A stretch of 63,667 nt of DNA, the filler included. It is 8 parts of 8 records of this genome, joined end to end, with 100 filler letters (N's around TTAATTAATTAA, not from the genome) between each part and the next. Parts side by side here need not be neighbours in the genome. Positions count along the whole stretch, not along the records: positions 1 to 5,281 come from DRR723986_7580; positions 5,382 to 11,665 come from DRR723986_7593; 6 more parts are not named here. One strand, given 5' to 3'. A model generated the notes under the pieces. It was given only the letters and a program-made list of their open reading frames with translations. It ran no database searches and had not been told where the DNA came from. Each line of letters starts with the position of its first letter. Within the stretch, counting starts at the first letter, position 1. The translations under genes and the position numbers were made by a program. Shown here in pieces: positions 1-10,765 of the stretch.

Positions 1-1
1 T

Positions 2-2167
2 CGCGATTTGCTGGCCTATCTGGTGCGGCGTTTGCTGGAAAACGGGGCCAATTCCTCGTTTGTCAATCAGATCGTCGATGCCTCGGTGCCCCCCAACGAG
101 GTGGCCGCCGACCCGTTTTCGGCGCTGCCCCTATCGCAGCGCAGCGCGGCCGTGCGCACCCCCGAGGCGCTTTATCACCCCGAGCGCCCAAATTCCAAAG
201 GTTGGGATCTGCACGCGCGCGAAGATCTGGCCGCCATCGAGGCCGCCCGCGCCCCCTATCGCCACAGCCAATGGCAGGCCGCACCGCGGTTGGCGGGGCC
301 TGTCGCCCCTGTGGGCACTGCGGCCGAGGTTGCGGTGATCAACCCCGCAAACCCGGGCGATCTGGTGGGGCATGTGCACTATGCCAGCGCCGCAGATGTG
401 GAAACCGCGCTCAACGCAGCCCAGCCATGGGATGCGCCCGCCACAGCGCGCGCCGCAGCGCTGAACCAGGTGGCCGATTTATACGAGGCCCATTTTGGCA
501 CATTCTTTGCGCTTTTGGCGCGCGAGGCGGGCAAAACCCCAAATGATTGCGTGGGCGAGCTGCGCGAGGCGGTCGATTTCCTGCGCTATTATGCAGCGCA
601 ATCCTTGCAGTTGAACGGTGCTGCGCGGGGTATTTTCACCTGTATCAGCCCGTGGAATTTCCCCTTGGCCATCTTCACAGGCCAAATCGCAGCAGCCCTT
701 GCAGCGGGCAATGCCGTGCTGGCCAAACCGGCCGAGGCCACCTGCCTGACCGCTGATTTTGCGGTTCAGCTGATGCATCAGGCCGGGGTGCCGGTGGCAG
801 CGTTACAGCTGTTGCCGGGGCTGGGTGCCGATGTGGGCGCCCGCCTGTCCAGCGACCCGCGCGTGGCGGGGGTGTGTTTTACCGGCTCAACCGCCACTGC
901 GCAGGCCATCAACCGCAGCATGGCGCAAACAATGGCGCCCGAGGCGCCCTTGATCGCCGAAACCGGCGGGCTGAATGCGATGATTGTTGACAGCACGGCC
1001 CTGCCGGAACAAGCGGTGCGCGATATTGTGGCCTCGGCCTTTCAATCGGCGGGCCAGCGCTGTTCGGCCTTGCGTTGCCTCTATCTGCAAGAAGATATCG
1101 CCAAGCCATTTCTGACAATGCTCTTTGGCGCGATGGATCAGCTGCATCTGGGCGATCCTTGGGATCATGCCACCGATGTGGGCCCCCTGATCGATGCCCG
1201 CGCCAAGGCCGATTTCACCGATTATATCACCAATGCCCGTGCCGAAGGCCGGGTGCTAAAGGCGCTATCCGTGCTCGAAGAGGGGCATTTCCTGGCCCCC
1301 ACCGTGATTGCGGTGACGGGCATTGCCGATCTGCAGCGCGAGATATTTGGCCCGGTGCTGCATGTGGCCACCTTTAAGGCAGACCAGATCGACCAGGTGG
1401 TCGATCACATCAACGCCACGGGCTATGGGCTGACATTTGGCCTGCACACCCGCATCGATGGCCGGGTCGAACAGGTGCTGAGCCGCCTGAAAGTGGGCAA
1501 TGCCTATGTGAACCGCAACCAGATTGGCGCCATCGTGGGCAGCCAGCCCTTTGGCGGCGAGGGGCTGTCTGGCACGGGGCCAAAGGCCGGCGGGCCCAAT
1601 TACCTGCCCCGTTTCCAGGCCGATCTGCTGCCCGCCTTGCCCGCACAGCCGGCCCCGCCCGTAGATGTAGACGAGGTGCAGCGCCGGTTGCGCCATCTGG
1701 CCCAACAGGATCTGCCCTGCATGGGCGTGGCCGATTTGCCCGGGCCTACGGGCGAATCAAACCGCCTGTCGGTCTATGGGCGCGGCACGGTGCTGTGCCT
1801 GGGCCCCAGCGCCGATGCCGCGCTGGAACAGGCGCGCATGGCCCGCGAGGCGGGCGCGCATGTGCTGGCCATTGCCCCCGGTGTGCCGCCGGCCTTGGGG
1901 CTGGATGGCTGGTTGCCGCGCGGCGCGCTTGAGCATTTGCAGGGCATTGCCGTGGTGGCCCATTGGGGCGAGGGCGCCGATCTGGCCGCGGTGCGCCGCG
2001 CCTTGGCGGCACGCGCAGGCGCTTTGGTGCCGCTGGCCGCCTGCCACGATCTGGGGCCGCGCGCGCGGATCGAGCGGCATGTGTGCATCGATACCACGGC
2101 CGCGGGTGGCAATGCGGCGCTGCTGGCGGCGGAAAGCGAGGCTGCTTTGCAGATGGCGGCCTCGTAA
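2..2167 (+). CDS. putA: Bifunctional proline dehydrogenase / P5C dehydrogenase PutA, 5'-truncated
   Basis: End of PRODH domain (LAYLVRRLLENGANSSFVN) followed by ALDH motifs ISPWNFP, FTGST, ETGG, SAGQRCSA, EIFGP, PFGGEGLSGTGPKAGG, and the PutA C-terminal domain (LPGPTGESN...DTTAAGGNAAL). Confidence 0.95.
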   Translation, partial: RDLLAYLVRRLLENGANSSFVNQIVDASVPPNEVAADPFSALPLSQRSAAVRTPEALYHPERPNSKGWDLHAREDLAAIEAARAPYRHSQWQAAPRLAGPVAPVGTAAEVAVINPANPGDLVGHVHYASAADVETALNAAQPWDAPATARAAALNQVADLYEAHFGTFFALLAREAGKTPNDCVGELREAVDFLRYYAAQSLQLNGAARGIFTCISPWNFPLAIFTGQIAAALAAGNAVLAKPAEATCLTADFAVQLMHQAGVPVAALQLLPGLGADVGARLSSDPRVAGVCFTGSTATAQAINRSMAQTMAPEAPLIAETGGLNAMIVDSTALPEQAVRDIVASAFQSAGQRCSALRCLYLQEDIAKPFLTMLFGAMDQLHLGDPWDHATDVGPLIDARAKADFTDYITNARAEGRVLKALSVLEEGHFLAPTVIAVTGIADLQREIFGPVLHVATFKADQIDQVVDHINATGYGLTFGLHTRIDGRVEQVLSRLKVGNAYVNRNQIGAIVGSQPFGGEGLSGTGPKAGGPNYLPRFQADLLPALPAQPAPPVDVDEVQRRLRHLAQQDLPCMGVADLPGPTGESNRLSVYGRGTVLCLGPSADAALEQARMAREAGAHVLAIAPGVPPALGLDGWLPRGALEHLQGIAVVAHWGEGADLAAVRRALAARAGALVPLAACHDLGPRARIERHVCIDTTAAGGNAALLAAESEAALQMAAS

Positions 2168-2410
2168 AACGCTTTGCCGGCCCTGGGCAATCGGGCCTTG
2201 AAATGCGCAAAAAATCGCGCCGGTCTGGCCATGGCTGGGCGGGCGCGATGGTTTTTCCCATGCAGTTCACACCCTGCCCGTTGCGCGGGCGGGGGGCTAA
2301 GTGGTCAAAAAGAGTAACCAAAGACTTGGCAGCGTGCCCCCTGTGGGCTAGCTTTTGCGCAGACGGCCCCGGGTGACGGGCCGCTAAGCCAACATGCAAG
2401 GGAGTGAGAC

Positions 2411-3427
2411 ATGAACAAGATTTTGTCGCGGGTTGCGATTGCAGCCTTGGCCACGGCATTCACCACAGAAGCCATGGCAACCGAATGGAACGTGTCTGTT
2501 TGGGGCAAGCGCCGCGCCTTTACCGAGCACATTGAAAAACTGGCCGAGCTGGTTTCGCAAAAAACCAACGGCGAATTCACCATGAATGTCAGCTACGGTG
2601 GCCTGTCGAAAAACCGTGAAAACCTGGATGGTATCTCTATCGGTGCCTTCGAGATGGCACAGTTCTGCGCAGGCTATCACCGCGATAAGAACCGCGCGAT
2701 CACCGTTTTGGAACTGCCTTTCCTGGGCGTGGAAAACCTGCAGCAAGAGGTTGCCGTATCGAACGCGGTCTACAACCACCCTGCCGCGGTGGAAGAAATG
2801 GCACAGTGGAACGCCAAGCTGCTGATGACCTCGCCGATGCCGCAATATAACCTTGTGGGCACGGGCGAGCCGCGCGACACGCTGGAGAAAATGGAAGGCA
2901 TGCGCGTGCGTGCCACCGGCGGTCTGGGCGATGCGTTCAAAGCTGTGGGCGCTGTGCCCACATCGGTGACATCCAGCGAGGCCTATCAGGCCATGGATTC
3001 GGGCGTTGTAGATACTGTGGCCTTTGCCCAGCACGCGCATCTGTCGTTTGGCACGATCAACCAGGCCGATTGGTGGACTGCCAACCTGAACCCCGGCACG
3101 GTGAACTGCCCCGTTGTGGTAAACATCGATGCCTACGAGGCCCTGACCGACGCCGAGCGCGCAGCGCTCGACAGCTCGGTGGGCGAGGCGATGGATCACT
3201 ACCTGCAAAACTACGGCAAGCTGCTGAAGCGCTGGGATGAAGTGCTGGCCGAGAAAAACGTGCAAAAGGTTGTCATCTCTGAGGGCGAGCTGGCCAAGTT
3301 CCGCGCCAAGGCCGCAGACCCCATTCGCGATGCCTGGGTCAAAGACATGGAGGCCCAGGGCATTCCGGGCCAAGAGCTGTATGACCTGGTTATGAAAACC
3401 TTGGCCGAGGCCAAAAAGGGCAGCTAA
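2411..3427 (+). CDS. dctP: TRAP transporter substrate-binding protein
   Basis: Signal peptide; GMRVRATGG and EAYQAMDSGVVD DctP motifs; SD-like AGGGAG upstream; followed by small and large permeases. Confidence 0.9.
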   Translation: MNKILSRVAIAALATAFTTEAMATEWNVSVWGKRRAFTEHIEKLAELVSQKTNGEFTMNVSYGGLSKNRENLDGISIGAFEMAQFCAGYHRDKNRAITVLELPFLGVENLQQEVAVSNAVYNHPAAVEEMAQWNAKLLMTSPMPQYNLVGTGEPRDTLEKMEGMRVRATGGLGDAFKAVGAVPTSVTSSEAYQAMDSGVVDTVAFAQHAHLSFGTINQADWWTANLNPGTVNCPVVVNIDAYEALTDAERAALDSSVGEAMDHYLQNYGKLLKRWDEVLAEKNVQKVVISEGELAKFRAKAADPIRDAWVKDMEAQGIPGQELYDLVMKTLAEAKKGS

Positions 3428-3467
3428 GCACCCGTGGGCGTGTGGGTGCGCCCAGATACAAAGATAG

Positions 3468-3492
3468 GCAGGGCGGGGGTTTCCCCGCCTTG
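3468..3492 (+). terminator. Intercistronic stem-loop after dctP (mRNA stabiliser or attenuator)
   Basis: GGCGGGG-GTTT-CCCCGCC hairpin between dctP and dctQ; no clear U-tract. Confidence 0.5.
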
Positions 3493-3516
3493 TCACTTAT
3501 CTGAAGGGGGCAAATC

Positions 3517-4188
3517 ATGGCCGGTTCTGCGGCAGTTCTGGAAGATTCCAGCTTGTTAAGTGCGCTTGATAAGCGGCTTGAAAAAATAGAAAAAATTACA
3601 GCACTGATGAGCGGCATCGCGATTTTCTCGCTGATGTTTCTCGCGGTTTATTCGGTGGCGGGGCGGCAGCTGGATAAAACATTCCTCGCGCCCATGCTGG
3701 ACCGTATCGGCGTGCTGGATGGCGCGCTGTTGGGCTATGTCGATTATATCGAGGCGATCATGCCCATTATCGCGATTATGGGCATCTCCTACGTGGCCCG
3801 CAGCGGCACGCATATTCGCATGGATATGCTGGTTAGCGCCTTGAATGGCCGGGTTTTGTGGCTGTTCGAGCTGATATCGGTGCTGCTGATGCTGGTGTTG
3901 ATGCTGGCGCTGACCTGGGGCGCGTGGGAGCATTTCGCGCGCTCGTTCGATTGCTCGGTGCCGATGTGCTCGCGCGACAGCTCGATCGATGTGGCGCTGC
4001 CCACATGGCCCTCGAAACTGGTGGTGCCCATTGCCTTTGCGGTTTTGGTGGCGCGTCTTATCTTGCAGGCCTGGGGCTATGGCCGGGCGCTGGTGCTGGG
4101 GCTGGAAAACCCTGTGGCGGTGCCCTTGAACCTGACAATCGCAGAACAGGCCCGCCTAGAGGCCGAAAGCCTTGAGGGGGGTAAATAA
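3517..4188 (+). CDS. dctQ: TRAP transporter small permease
   Basis: About 4 TM segments, HIRMDML motif, position between dctP and dctM. Confidence 0.88.
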   Translation: MAGSAAVLEDSSLLSALDKRLEKIEKITALMSGIAIFSLMFLAVYSVAGRQLDKTFLAPMLDRIGVLDGALLGYVDYIEAIMPIIAIMGISYVARSGTHIRMDMLVSALNGRVLWLFELISVLLMLVLMLALTWGAWEHFARSFDCSVPMCSRDSSIDVALPTWPSKLVVPIAFAVLVARLILQAWGYGRALVLGLENPVAVPLNLTIAEQARLEAESLEGGK

Positions 4189-5281
4189 TGGAACCCATTG
4201 ATATTGGGCTTTGGGTCTCGGGTGGCTTGCTGGTTGTGGTGCTTTTGGGCATGCGCGTGGCTTTTGCCGCCGGTCTGGCGGGGTTTGTGGGCCTTGTCTG
4301 GATTTTCTGGGACAAGATGAAATACGCGCCCGAAAAGTTTTTATACTTTAACGAGCGCCGCGACACATGGGATGGCGCGCTGGGCAAGGCCTTTCAGATT
4401 GCGGGCCAGGTGCCCCATTCGAAAGTGTCGGCGCAGGTGTTGTCGCTGATCCCTGTGTTTATCATGATCGGCTATATGGCCTATCACGCGCGGTTGACAT
4501 CGGCGCTGTTCGAGGCGGCCAAGCGCTGGCTGGCCTGGGTGCCGGGGGGGCTGGCGGTATCGACCGTTTTCGCCACCGCGGGGTTTGCGGCTGTGTCGGG
4601 CGCCTCTGTGGCGACGGCTGCGGTATTTGCCCGTATCGCAATTCCCGAGATGCTGAAAATTGGCTATAACAAGCAATTCGCGGCCGGTGTTGTGGCGGCA
4701 GGGGGAACGCTGGCCTCGCTGATTCCGCCCTCGGCGATCTTGGTGATCTATGCCATTATCGTGGAACAAGACGTGGGCCGCCTGCTGCTGGCAGGCTTTG
4801 TGCCCGGTGTGTTTTCGGCGGTGATCTATGCGATCATCATCATCGGTCTGGCCGTGACGCTGAAAACCGTGGGCCCGCCGGTGCGCGGCTTTACCTGGCG
4901 CCAGCGTTTTGAATCGCTGCCCCCCGCCTTGCCAATTGTGGCGGTGGTGGTGATCATCATCTTCTTTGTCTACAACCCCTTTGGCGATGCTTGGGGCACC
5001 CCCACCGAAGGCGGCGCAGTGGGCGCATTCATCATCTTCCTGATGGCGCTTTATCGCGGCATGCGCTGGGGGCAGCTGAAAGAAGCGCTGCTGGAAACCG
5101 CGAAACTGACGGTGATGATTTTCACGATCATCTGGGGCGTTCTGATCTATGTGCGGTTCTTGGGCTTTGCCGAATTGCCCGATGCCTTTGCCGATTGGAT
5201 CACTTCGCTGGAGATGTCACCACTGGTGATTTTGGTCTGCATCCTGTTGGCCTATGCGGTGCTGGGCATGTTCATGGATGC
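4188..5281 (+). CDS. dctM: TRAP transporter large permease, 3'-truncated by contig end
   Basis: SGASVATAA, GGTLASLIPPS, TPTEGGAVG, LGMFMD motifs; TAATG coupling with dctQ. Confidence 0.92.
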
Positions 5282-5381
5282 NNNNNNNNNNNNNNNNNNN
5301 NNNNNNNNNNNNNNNNNNNNNNNNNTTAATTAATTAANNNNNNNNNNNNNNNNNNNNNNNNNNNNNNNNNNNNNNNNNNNN
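5282..5381. other. Artificial contig spacer
   Basis: 44 N + TTAATTAATTAA (stops in all six frames) + 44 N. Confidence 0.99.
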
Positions 5382-6248
5382 CATCGCCTGGTATTTGGCG
5401 ATGTGGTTGCCCACAACCTCATTTGGCTTCTTGAAGGTCATGGTCAGCGTGGTGGATTTCGCCTTGGAGGCCGGGCTGAACCCGCGCACGGTGAAATCAT
5501 CCGCCTCAACCCGCCAGGCGGCGGATTTGAACCCTTCCAGGCGCCGCGCGGTCTGGGCACGCAGGGCAACCTTTTCCATCAGGCTTTCCGCAAAGGCCGC
5601 CACCGTGGCCACCAGCCGCGCATCATCCTGCGCATGGGCGGCGATATCCTGATCCAGCTCCCACAATGCACCATGCAGCGCGACCTGACCATTGTCGGTC
5701 AAGACCTCATCGACCTCGCCCACTTCCACAGTGGTCTCCGTCAGATGTGATGACATCAAATAAGCCGTGGCATTGCCCAGAACATAAAGCGTGACCAATG
5801 CCTCTGCCGCCAACAGCTCGCTGAATTCGCTCTTGCGGGCCGCAGGCAATGACCCTTCCAGATTGGCCCGTTTGAGATCACCCAGCCCCGATTGCTCCGC
5901 CACGTTCTCAGCGACCGCCAGCGCAATCGCTATCGCCCGTCGCAACACATGCAGCACCGTCGCCTGCATCGGGCTGATCAACGTATCGCCCTCATCCGCA
6001 CCTTCGATCCGCGCAATCAATTGCACAGCCCCGGTCGGCACCCTGCGCCGTGTCACAAGCCCCGGTGTGGTGGTGCGAAACCGCCGCCGCGTGCCAAGGC
6101 CCGCAGATTGCTCTGGCACGCTATCATCCCCGGTGGCCTTACCAATCCGCGGCGCATGGTCAAATCCGTCCAACATCGCCTGCGCCATGGGCACATGGCT
6201 TTGAATATCCTCCTCGCGGAGTTCCATCGCATCTGAAATCTGGCTCAT
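5382..6248 (-). CDS. AAA+ ATPase, N-terminal part (ortholog of 12170..14113), truncated by contig end
   Basis: Aligns by eye with the N-terminal ~290 aa of the full ATPase in contig 3 (GTRRRFRxTTPGLVTRR; STTLTMTFKKPNEVVGNHIAKYQAM). Confidence 0.9.
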
Positions 6249-6302
6249 CTTGTAAGGGCCTTCCCTTTTTGGCTCTAAATATTCCCGCCGGAGGCATAAA
6301 AA

Positions 6303-7424
6303 TTAATAACGCAGCACTTGCCCCGATCCGCTCACGACAAATTTTCGCACGGCGGCAAACCCCGGTGGATCCTGCTCTTCCAACACCTGATAGGGGCGTT
6401 GCGGCAGGATGATGCTGCGCTCTTGCCGGGTGGCACCCAGATCGGCGCCCTTGCCGCCAAACGGATCCAGCGCAAAGACCTCCCGTTCAACAGTGCTAAA
6501 CCAGCCCGATTTTTCTTCGATCACGCGGTCGCTGACCAATTCCTCTTCGGTCCAGACCAAAGCCCAATCCTGCCCCTCGGGCGCTTTGGCGCCAGCCAAC
6601 ACATCGCGCAGCGGGCCAGCCTGCCGGGTAAAGGCATGGCTGTACATCGGACCCACATGAAACCGCCGCAACCGCTTGGGGTGCAGGTCGTCAAAATCCT
6701 GATCAAAACCGCGCGCAATTGTCACCAGCTTCAGCCCGCCCAGCGCCTGCGCCGACAGATGCGCCTGCACCTCCGGCCAGCGCCGTTCATCCTTGGGCAG
6801 CCCAACCTTGCCGCTGTCCTCCAGCTCCATCAGATAGATCACCGGCAGGTTCACTTGGCTGTCATAGGTCGCCCAATGCAGCCGGAAGGTGCGCCGCCCT
6901 TCGCTCAGGTTTCCGGTCCAATCGGCCTGCGGATCATTCTGCACCCAGAACAGATCCCCCTTGATCAGCTCCTCATAATAAAGCCGCTGCGACAACGCGA
7001 ATTGCAGCTTGGTCGGCACCTTCCTGTCGCCCAGGATCATTTGGACCATTTCGTTCTTGAGCGTGGCAACCGAAGGCATGTTTTCCAGATGTTTGGCCGC
7101 CTGCTGAGCATCATTGGCCATCGTCATCAGCTCTTCGGCCACCGGAAAACCACTGTCGCGATTGTCGATACTGAGCGAGCCAAAGAACCGCCCCGTTTCG
7201 CGCCCCACCAACAGATACTTTAGGCTCAGCGCCTTGAAGGTGTGGGTCAACATCACCGCATAGCGGGTCAGGATTTCCACCTCATCGCGGTTCAGCTTGC
7301 TTTCCGCCTCCATCACACCGGCCACACGCAACATATGCTGCATGATGCCTTCGAATTTGCGGAAGTACCGGCGCGAGGCAAAGGTATCCATAAGGCCAAC
7401 ATGGTCGCGGGCGGGGTCAGTCAT
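6303..7424 (-). CDS. Conserved hypothetical protein, 373 aa (ortholog of 14167..15285)
   Basis: Full-length similarity to the contig-3 copy (MTDPAxDHVGL...GQVLRY); no recognisable motif. Confidence 0.88.
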   Translation of the reverse strand: MTDPARDHVGLMDTFASRRYFRKFEGIMQHMLRVAGVMEAESKLNRDEVEILTRYAVMLTHTFKALSLKYLLVGRETGRFFGSLSIDNRDSGFPVAEELMTMANDAQQAAKHLENMPSVATLKNEMVQMILGDRKVPTKLQFALSQRLYYEELIKGDLFWVQNDPQADWTGNLSEGRRTFRLHWATYDSQVNLPVIYLMELEDSGKVGLPKDERRWPEVQAHLSAQALGGLKLVTIARGFDQDFDDLHPKRLRRFHVGPMYSHAFTRQAGPLRDVLAGAKAPEGQDWALVWTEEELVSDRVIEEKSGWFSTVEREVFALDPFGGKGADLGATRQERSIILPQRPYQVLEEQDPPGFAAVRKFVVSGSGQVLRY

Positions 7425-7451
7425 CTTTGGGGTTCCGCAAGAACAAGCTGA

Positions 7452-8528
7452 TTATGCCCCATACTGATTGCTGTCATGTTTCTCGATGATCTTCTGGAAC
7501 CGGCGGGCAAAGCGTTCGTCGGCCTTGGCTTTGGCCTCCAGCACTTCGCGGGCAAAGACCATGTGATCTTCGTGCTTCTCCATCATCTCGGCCATCCGCG
7601 CATTGGTGGCAGCACCGATCCCGGCCATGGCAGATTGCGCCTCTTGGTCGGTTTTTACGCCGATCTCGTTGATCCGGTGGGCGACGTCCTGCTGCTGTGC
7701 TGTCTTGAGCGATTTGGTCAGCGCATCATAAAGTACGACCCGCTGCTTGGTGTCTGTCTGCAGCTTGTTGATCAACACCATCTGGGTCGCGGCCTGGTTC
7801 TGCAATGAATCGATCCAGGTTTTGCCCTTCTCAATGTACCGCTCCAGCGTTTGTGATTTCGCCAGCTTGACCTGCTCTTCCTGCACCAACGCATTGTAGC
7901 GGGTGTTCATCTCGGCCAGTTCGGTTTCCAGTTTGGTGCGTTTGGCGGCGTCCGTTTCGCTGGCAATGGCGTTTTCCAGCTTTATAATATCCGGGTCCAT
8001 CCCGCCGATGTCGCTGCGAATGTTCTCAAGCTCACCCACCGTCATCTCGCGTTCGTCCAGAGTCTCGGTCAGGTTGCTTTCAACCTTGACCTTTTGCTCT
8101 TCCAGCATCGCCAACTGCCCTTCGAGCAGCTGCACAATCACGTCGGACTTGCTGATCAAATCCTGCAATTTGTCGTCAATAGAGGCGGAGCGCACCCGTT
8201 CCTGCCGCATACTGTCCGACTTGGCACCGGAAAAGATCCCCACAAAGGTTTCCCAGCCGGTCTTGTTGCGCATTTCATCAAAATCACGGCTGAACCCCGC
8301 GGTCACATCATCCAGCCCCATAATCAGCTCGGCGATATTGGCGTTCATCACCTCGGTATGGGCATGCACGTCCTCAAGCGTGGCATTTTCGATGTCGATC
8401 ATCGCATCGTCGCCCGCTTTCAATTTGGCACGCGCGGTCTCAATCCGGCCGGTCAGTTCGGCGATCTTGCTTTGCGCCTCTGCTACCTGCGCTTGGGATT
8501 CTTTTACCTGTGCATCCAAATTGGCCAT
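7452..8528 (-). CDS. Conserved all-helical / coiled-coil protein (ortholog of 15879..16958)
   Basis: E/Q/K/L-rich heptad pattern, central amphipathic TGWETFVGIF segment; SD GAGGA upstream. Confidence 0.88.
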   Translation of the reverse strand: MANLDAQVKESQAQVAEAQSKIAELTGRIETARAKLKAGDDAMIDIENATLEDVHAHTEVMNANIAELIMGLDDVTAGFSRDFDEMRNKTGWETFVGIFSGAKSDSMRQERVRSASIDDKLQDLISKSDVIVQLLEGQLAMLEEQKVKVESNLTETLDEREMTVGELENIRSDIGGMDPDIIKLENAIASETDAAKRTKLETELAEMNTRYNALVQEEQVKLAKSQTLERYIEKGKTWIDSLQNQAATQMVLINKLQTDTKQRVVLYDALTKSLKTAQQQDVAHRINEIGVKTDQEAQSAMAGIGAATNARMAEMMEKHEDHMVFAREVLEAKAKADERFARRFQKIIEKHDSNQYGA

Positions 8529-8560
8529 CAAACGATCCTCTATTTCAATATCTTAGCCCA

Positions 8561-8590
8561 TATATAGGCAATGTTACGCCGATTTACATC
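8561..8590 (-). promoter_or_regulatory. Conserved operator/promoter of the coiled-coil-AAA operon, copy 1
   Basis: Minus strand GATGTAAATCGGCGTAACATTGCCTATAT; 22/26 identical to 16997..17022; near-palindrome ATGTAA-N7-TAACAT; CCTATAT resembles the alphaproteobacterial RpoH -10. Confidence 0.65.
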
Positions 8591-8648
8591 AGCCTGTTCA
8601 AAAGTTTTTCCGATTGTGCCAAATGCCCCTGATCTTGAAAAGGGCAGA

Positions 8649-9884
8649 TCAATTTGTCTGTTCCTCCGGCCGCACACCGGCCCGCCGAAGGGTCAGCAAC
8701 AACACCAGCAGGCACAAAACCCCCGCCGCCGCGTACCAGACCAAGGTCAGGCGGATATCATCATAAGCCATAGCCGTCCGATCCGAAACCTGCACCGAAG
8801 CGAGCAGCAAACTGCCCACAAACAGCAACCTGCCTGCGAAACTCTGCACGGAGAGGAACGTGGCACGCCCCGCATCGCTCAGCAAAGGTTGCATACGGGC
8901 AATGATAAAGGGCCGCGACAAGGAATTGGGCACCATACGCAAGAACAATATTGCGATGGCAAAGATACTGTTGGTGACGGCCAATGTCGCAATCAGCCCC
9001 ACCTGAATACCAAAGGCCAGCATCAAGAGCGCCGCCAGACCAAACCGCCTGCGCAGCCGCAGCGCAAACAACGTGGCGAGAGCGGACACCAACATCATAA
9101 TCGCAGAGACACCCCCACTGACCATCGGCGCATCCCCTTGCAATCCAATATTGCGCAGGGCTTCGGCGATGAAAGGCTGACCAAAAACAAAAGGAATATG
9201 GCTGAAGCCATACATCAGCACAGACAGCGCGAACAGCCAGACCAAAACCGGAACCCGCATCGCTGTTTGAAAGAGCCGTGCTTGAAACACCGGCCCGGCG
9301 GTCTCGGTTCGGTTCACCTCATGCGGCGGCTCACGGAACCGCAGCGCCACACCAAAACAGGCCGCCTGCGCCGCAGCACCCGCCGCAAAAGCCAGACCAA
9401 ACCCCCATTGCGCCATCAGCCCGCCTGTGAACGCCGACAGGGCAAGCCCGATCAACGAAAACTGCCAACTTCGGGTTTCCTGCGCCTCGGTTTCATCCTC
9501 CCGTCCATCTGCTGCCAGGGATTCATACAAAAACGCATTATCCGTCCCCGATGCAAAAGCCGCACCCGCGCCCAGCAACACTTGCGCCAAGGCAAAGGCG
9601 GCAAAGCTATCCCCAAAAGCGATCAACGCCGCGCCAGCACTGGCCGCAAGCCCCGACGCAATCAGCGTTCGCCTCCGTCCCAGCCGATCCGACATATAAC
9701 CCGACGGAACCTCCATCGCGGTCGTGCCAACATCATAGATCGCATAAAGCAGGATCGCCTCTGCGCCCGACAACTCTTGTTGAAAGAACAGGAACCAGAT
9801 TGCCTGCCAGAACACGAGGTTCTGGAAGAACTTAAACCATGGATACAGCGCAACATTGCGCGCCATAGGGTTGGCGGCGATCAC
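8649..9884 (-). CDS. MFS transporter
   Basis: About 12 TM segments; EVPSGYMSDRLGRRRTL motif A; GAAFASGTDNAFLYESL; GTGA overlap with upstream hydrolase. Confidence 0.9.
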   Translation of the reverse strand: MIAANPMARNVALYPWFKFFQNLVFWQAIWFLFFQQELSGAEAILLYAIYDVGTTAMEVPSGYMSDRLGRRRTLIASGLAASAGAALIAFGDSFAAFALAQVLLGAGAAFASGTDNAFLYESLAADGREDETEAQETRSWQFSLIGLALSAFTGGLMAQWGFGLAFAAGAAAQAACFGVALRFREPPHEVNRTETAGPVFQARLFQTAMRVPVLVWLFALSVLMYGFSHIPFVFGQPFIAEALRNIGLQGDAPMVSGGVSAIMMLVSALATLFALRLRRRFGLAALLMLAFGIQVGLIATLAVTNSIFAIAILFLRMVPNSLSRPFIIARMQPLLSDAGRATFLSVQSFAGRLLFVGSLLLASVQVSDRTAMAYDDIRLTLVWYAAAGVLCLLVLLLTLRRAGVRPEEQTN

Positions 9885-10669
9885 CCGCTGACCAGAGTAT
9901 TGGTCAACTCATGCTCAGGATCGGCCAGTGCATCGATCACATCAAAATGATGTTTGCCCGCATCCACCACCTGCCGTGCGCCCCAAGCCCGCGCCAAGGC
10001 TTCGGCCTGTTCCAAGAATGCCGGACGCTCATCCGCGCCCACCCAGACCGTCACATCCACCCCATGCGGCGGCGTCATGTTCACCGGGCTTTCGGCCATG
10101 GCCTCCGCCTCATCCAACCGCAGATCGGCGTTCATCGAGGTTTGCAACAGCGGCAGCAGATCCGCCACGGGGGAGATTGGCACAACCGTCTTGATCCGGC
10201 CCCGCACATCCCCCGGCAACACCAGCGGATCCATCATCCGCGCTACCAAATGCCCGCCCGCAGAGTGCCCCGCCAAGGCAATCGGCCCAAAGGTTCGGTT
10301 GGCAATGTGGCTTACCGCGGCGGCAATCTGGGTGGTGATTTCACTGATCCGCGCCTGCGGGCACAGCACATAACTTGGCATCGCAACCGCCCAGCCCCGC
10401 GCCAATGCCCCGGCGGCCAGATGCGACCACGCGCTTTTGTCAAAAGCCTTCCAATACCCGCCATGCACAAAGATCAACGTGCCACGCGACACGCCCTCGG
10501 GCTGGAAAAAATCATAGACTTCCCGCTCCGACGCCCCGTATGAGACATCAACCTGCGCCCGCGCCCCAAGTTCGGTGCGAAATGCCGCCGCCGCCGCCGC
10601 CCAACGCGGCGGGTATTCGTCTGCACCATCAATGTAGGCTCCATTGGCATAGGCATCATCAAGCTTCAT
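9881..10669 (-). CDS. Alpha/beta hydrolase (arylformamidase/HSL-like esterase)
   Basis: HGGYW oxyanion motif, GHSAGG nucleophile elbow, C-terminal HHFDV; start taken at MKLDDAYAN. Confidence 0.88.
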   Translation of the reverse strand: MKLDDAYANGAYIDGADEYPPRWAAAAAAFRTELGARAQVDVSYGASEREVYDFFQPEGVSRGTLIFVHGGYWKAFDKSAWSHLAAGALARGWAVAMPSYVLCPQARISEITTQIAAAVSHIANRTFGPIALAGHSAGGHLVARMMDPLVLPGDVRGRIKTVVPISPVADLLPLLQTSMNADLRLDEAEAMAESPVNMTPPHGVDVTVWVGADERPAFLEQAEALARAWGARQVVDAGKHHFDVIDALADPEHELTNTLVSG

Positions 10670-10765
10670 TTGGGTCTCCTGTAGGTATTCCGCCCATAAA
10701 CTGGACCTAGACAATCATAGACTTACTTGCTTTGGGTAGCACAACCAAAACGCGGAGACACCCAA

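Noticed and set aside
2341-2360. Sigma-54-like GG-N10-GC upstream of dctP
   Set aside because: Lacks the TGGCAC core; too weak to call
5326-5337. TTAATTAATTAA as a biological repeat
   Set aside because: Identical in all seven N-flanked spacers; assembly linker
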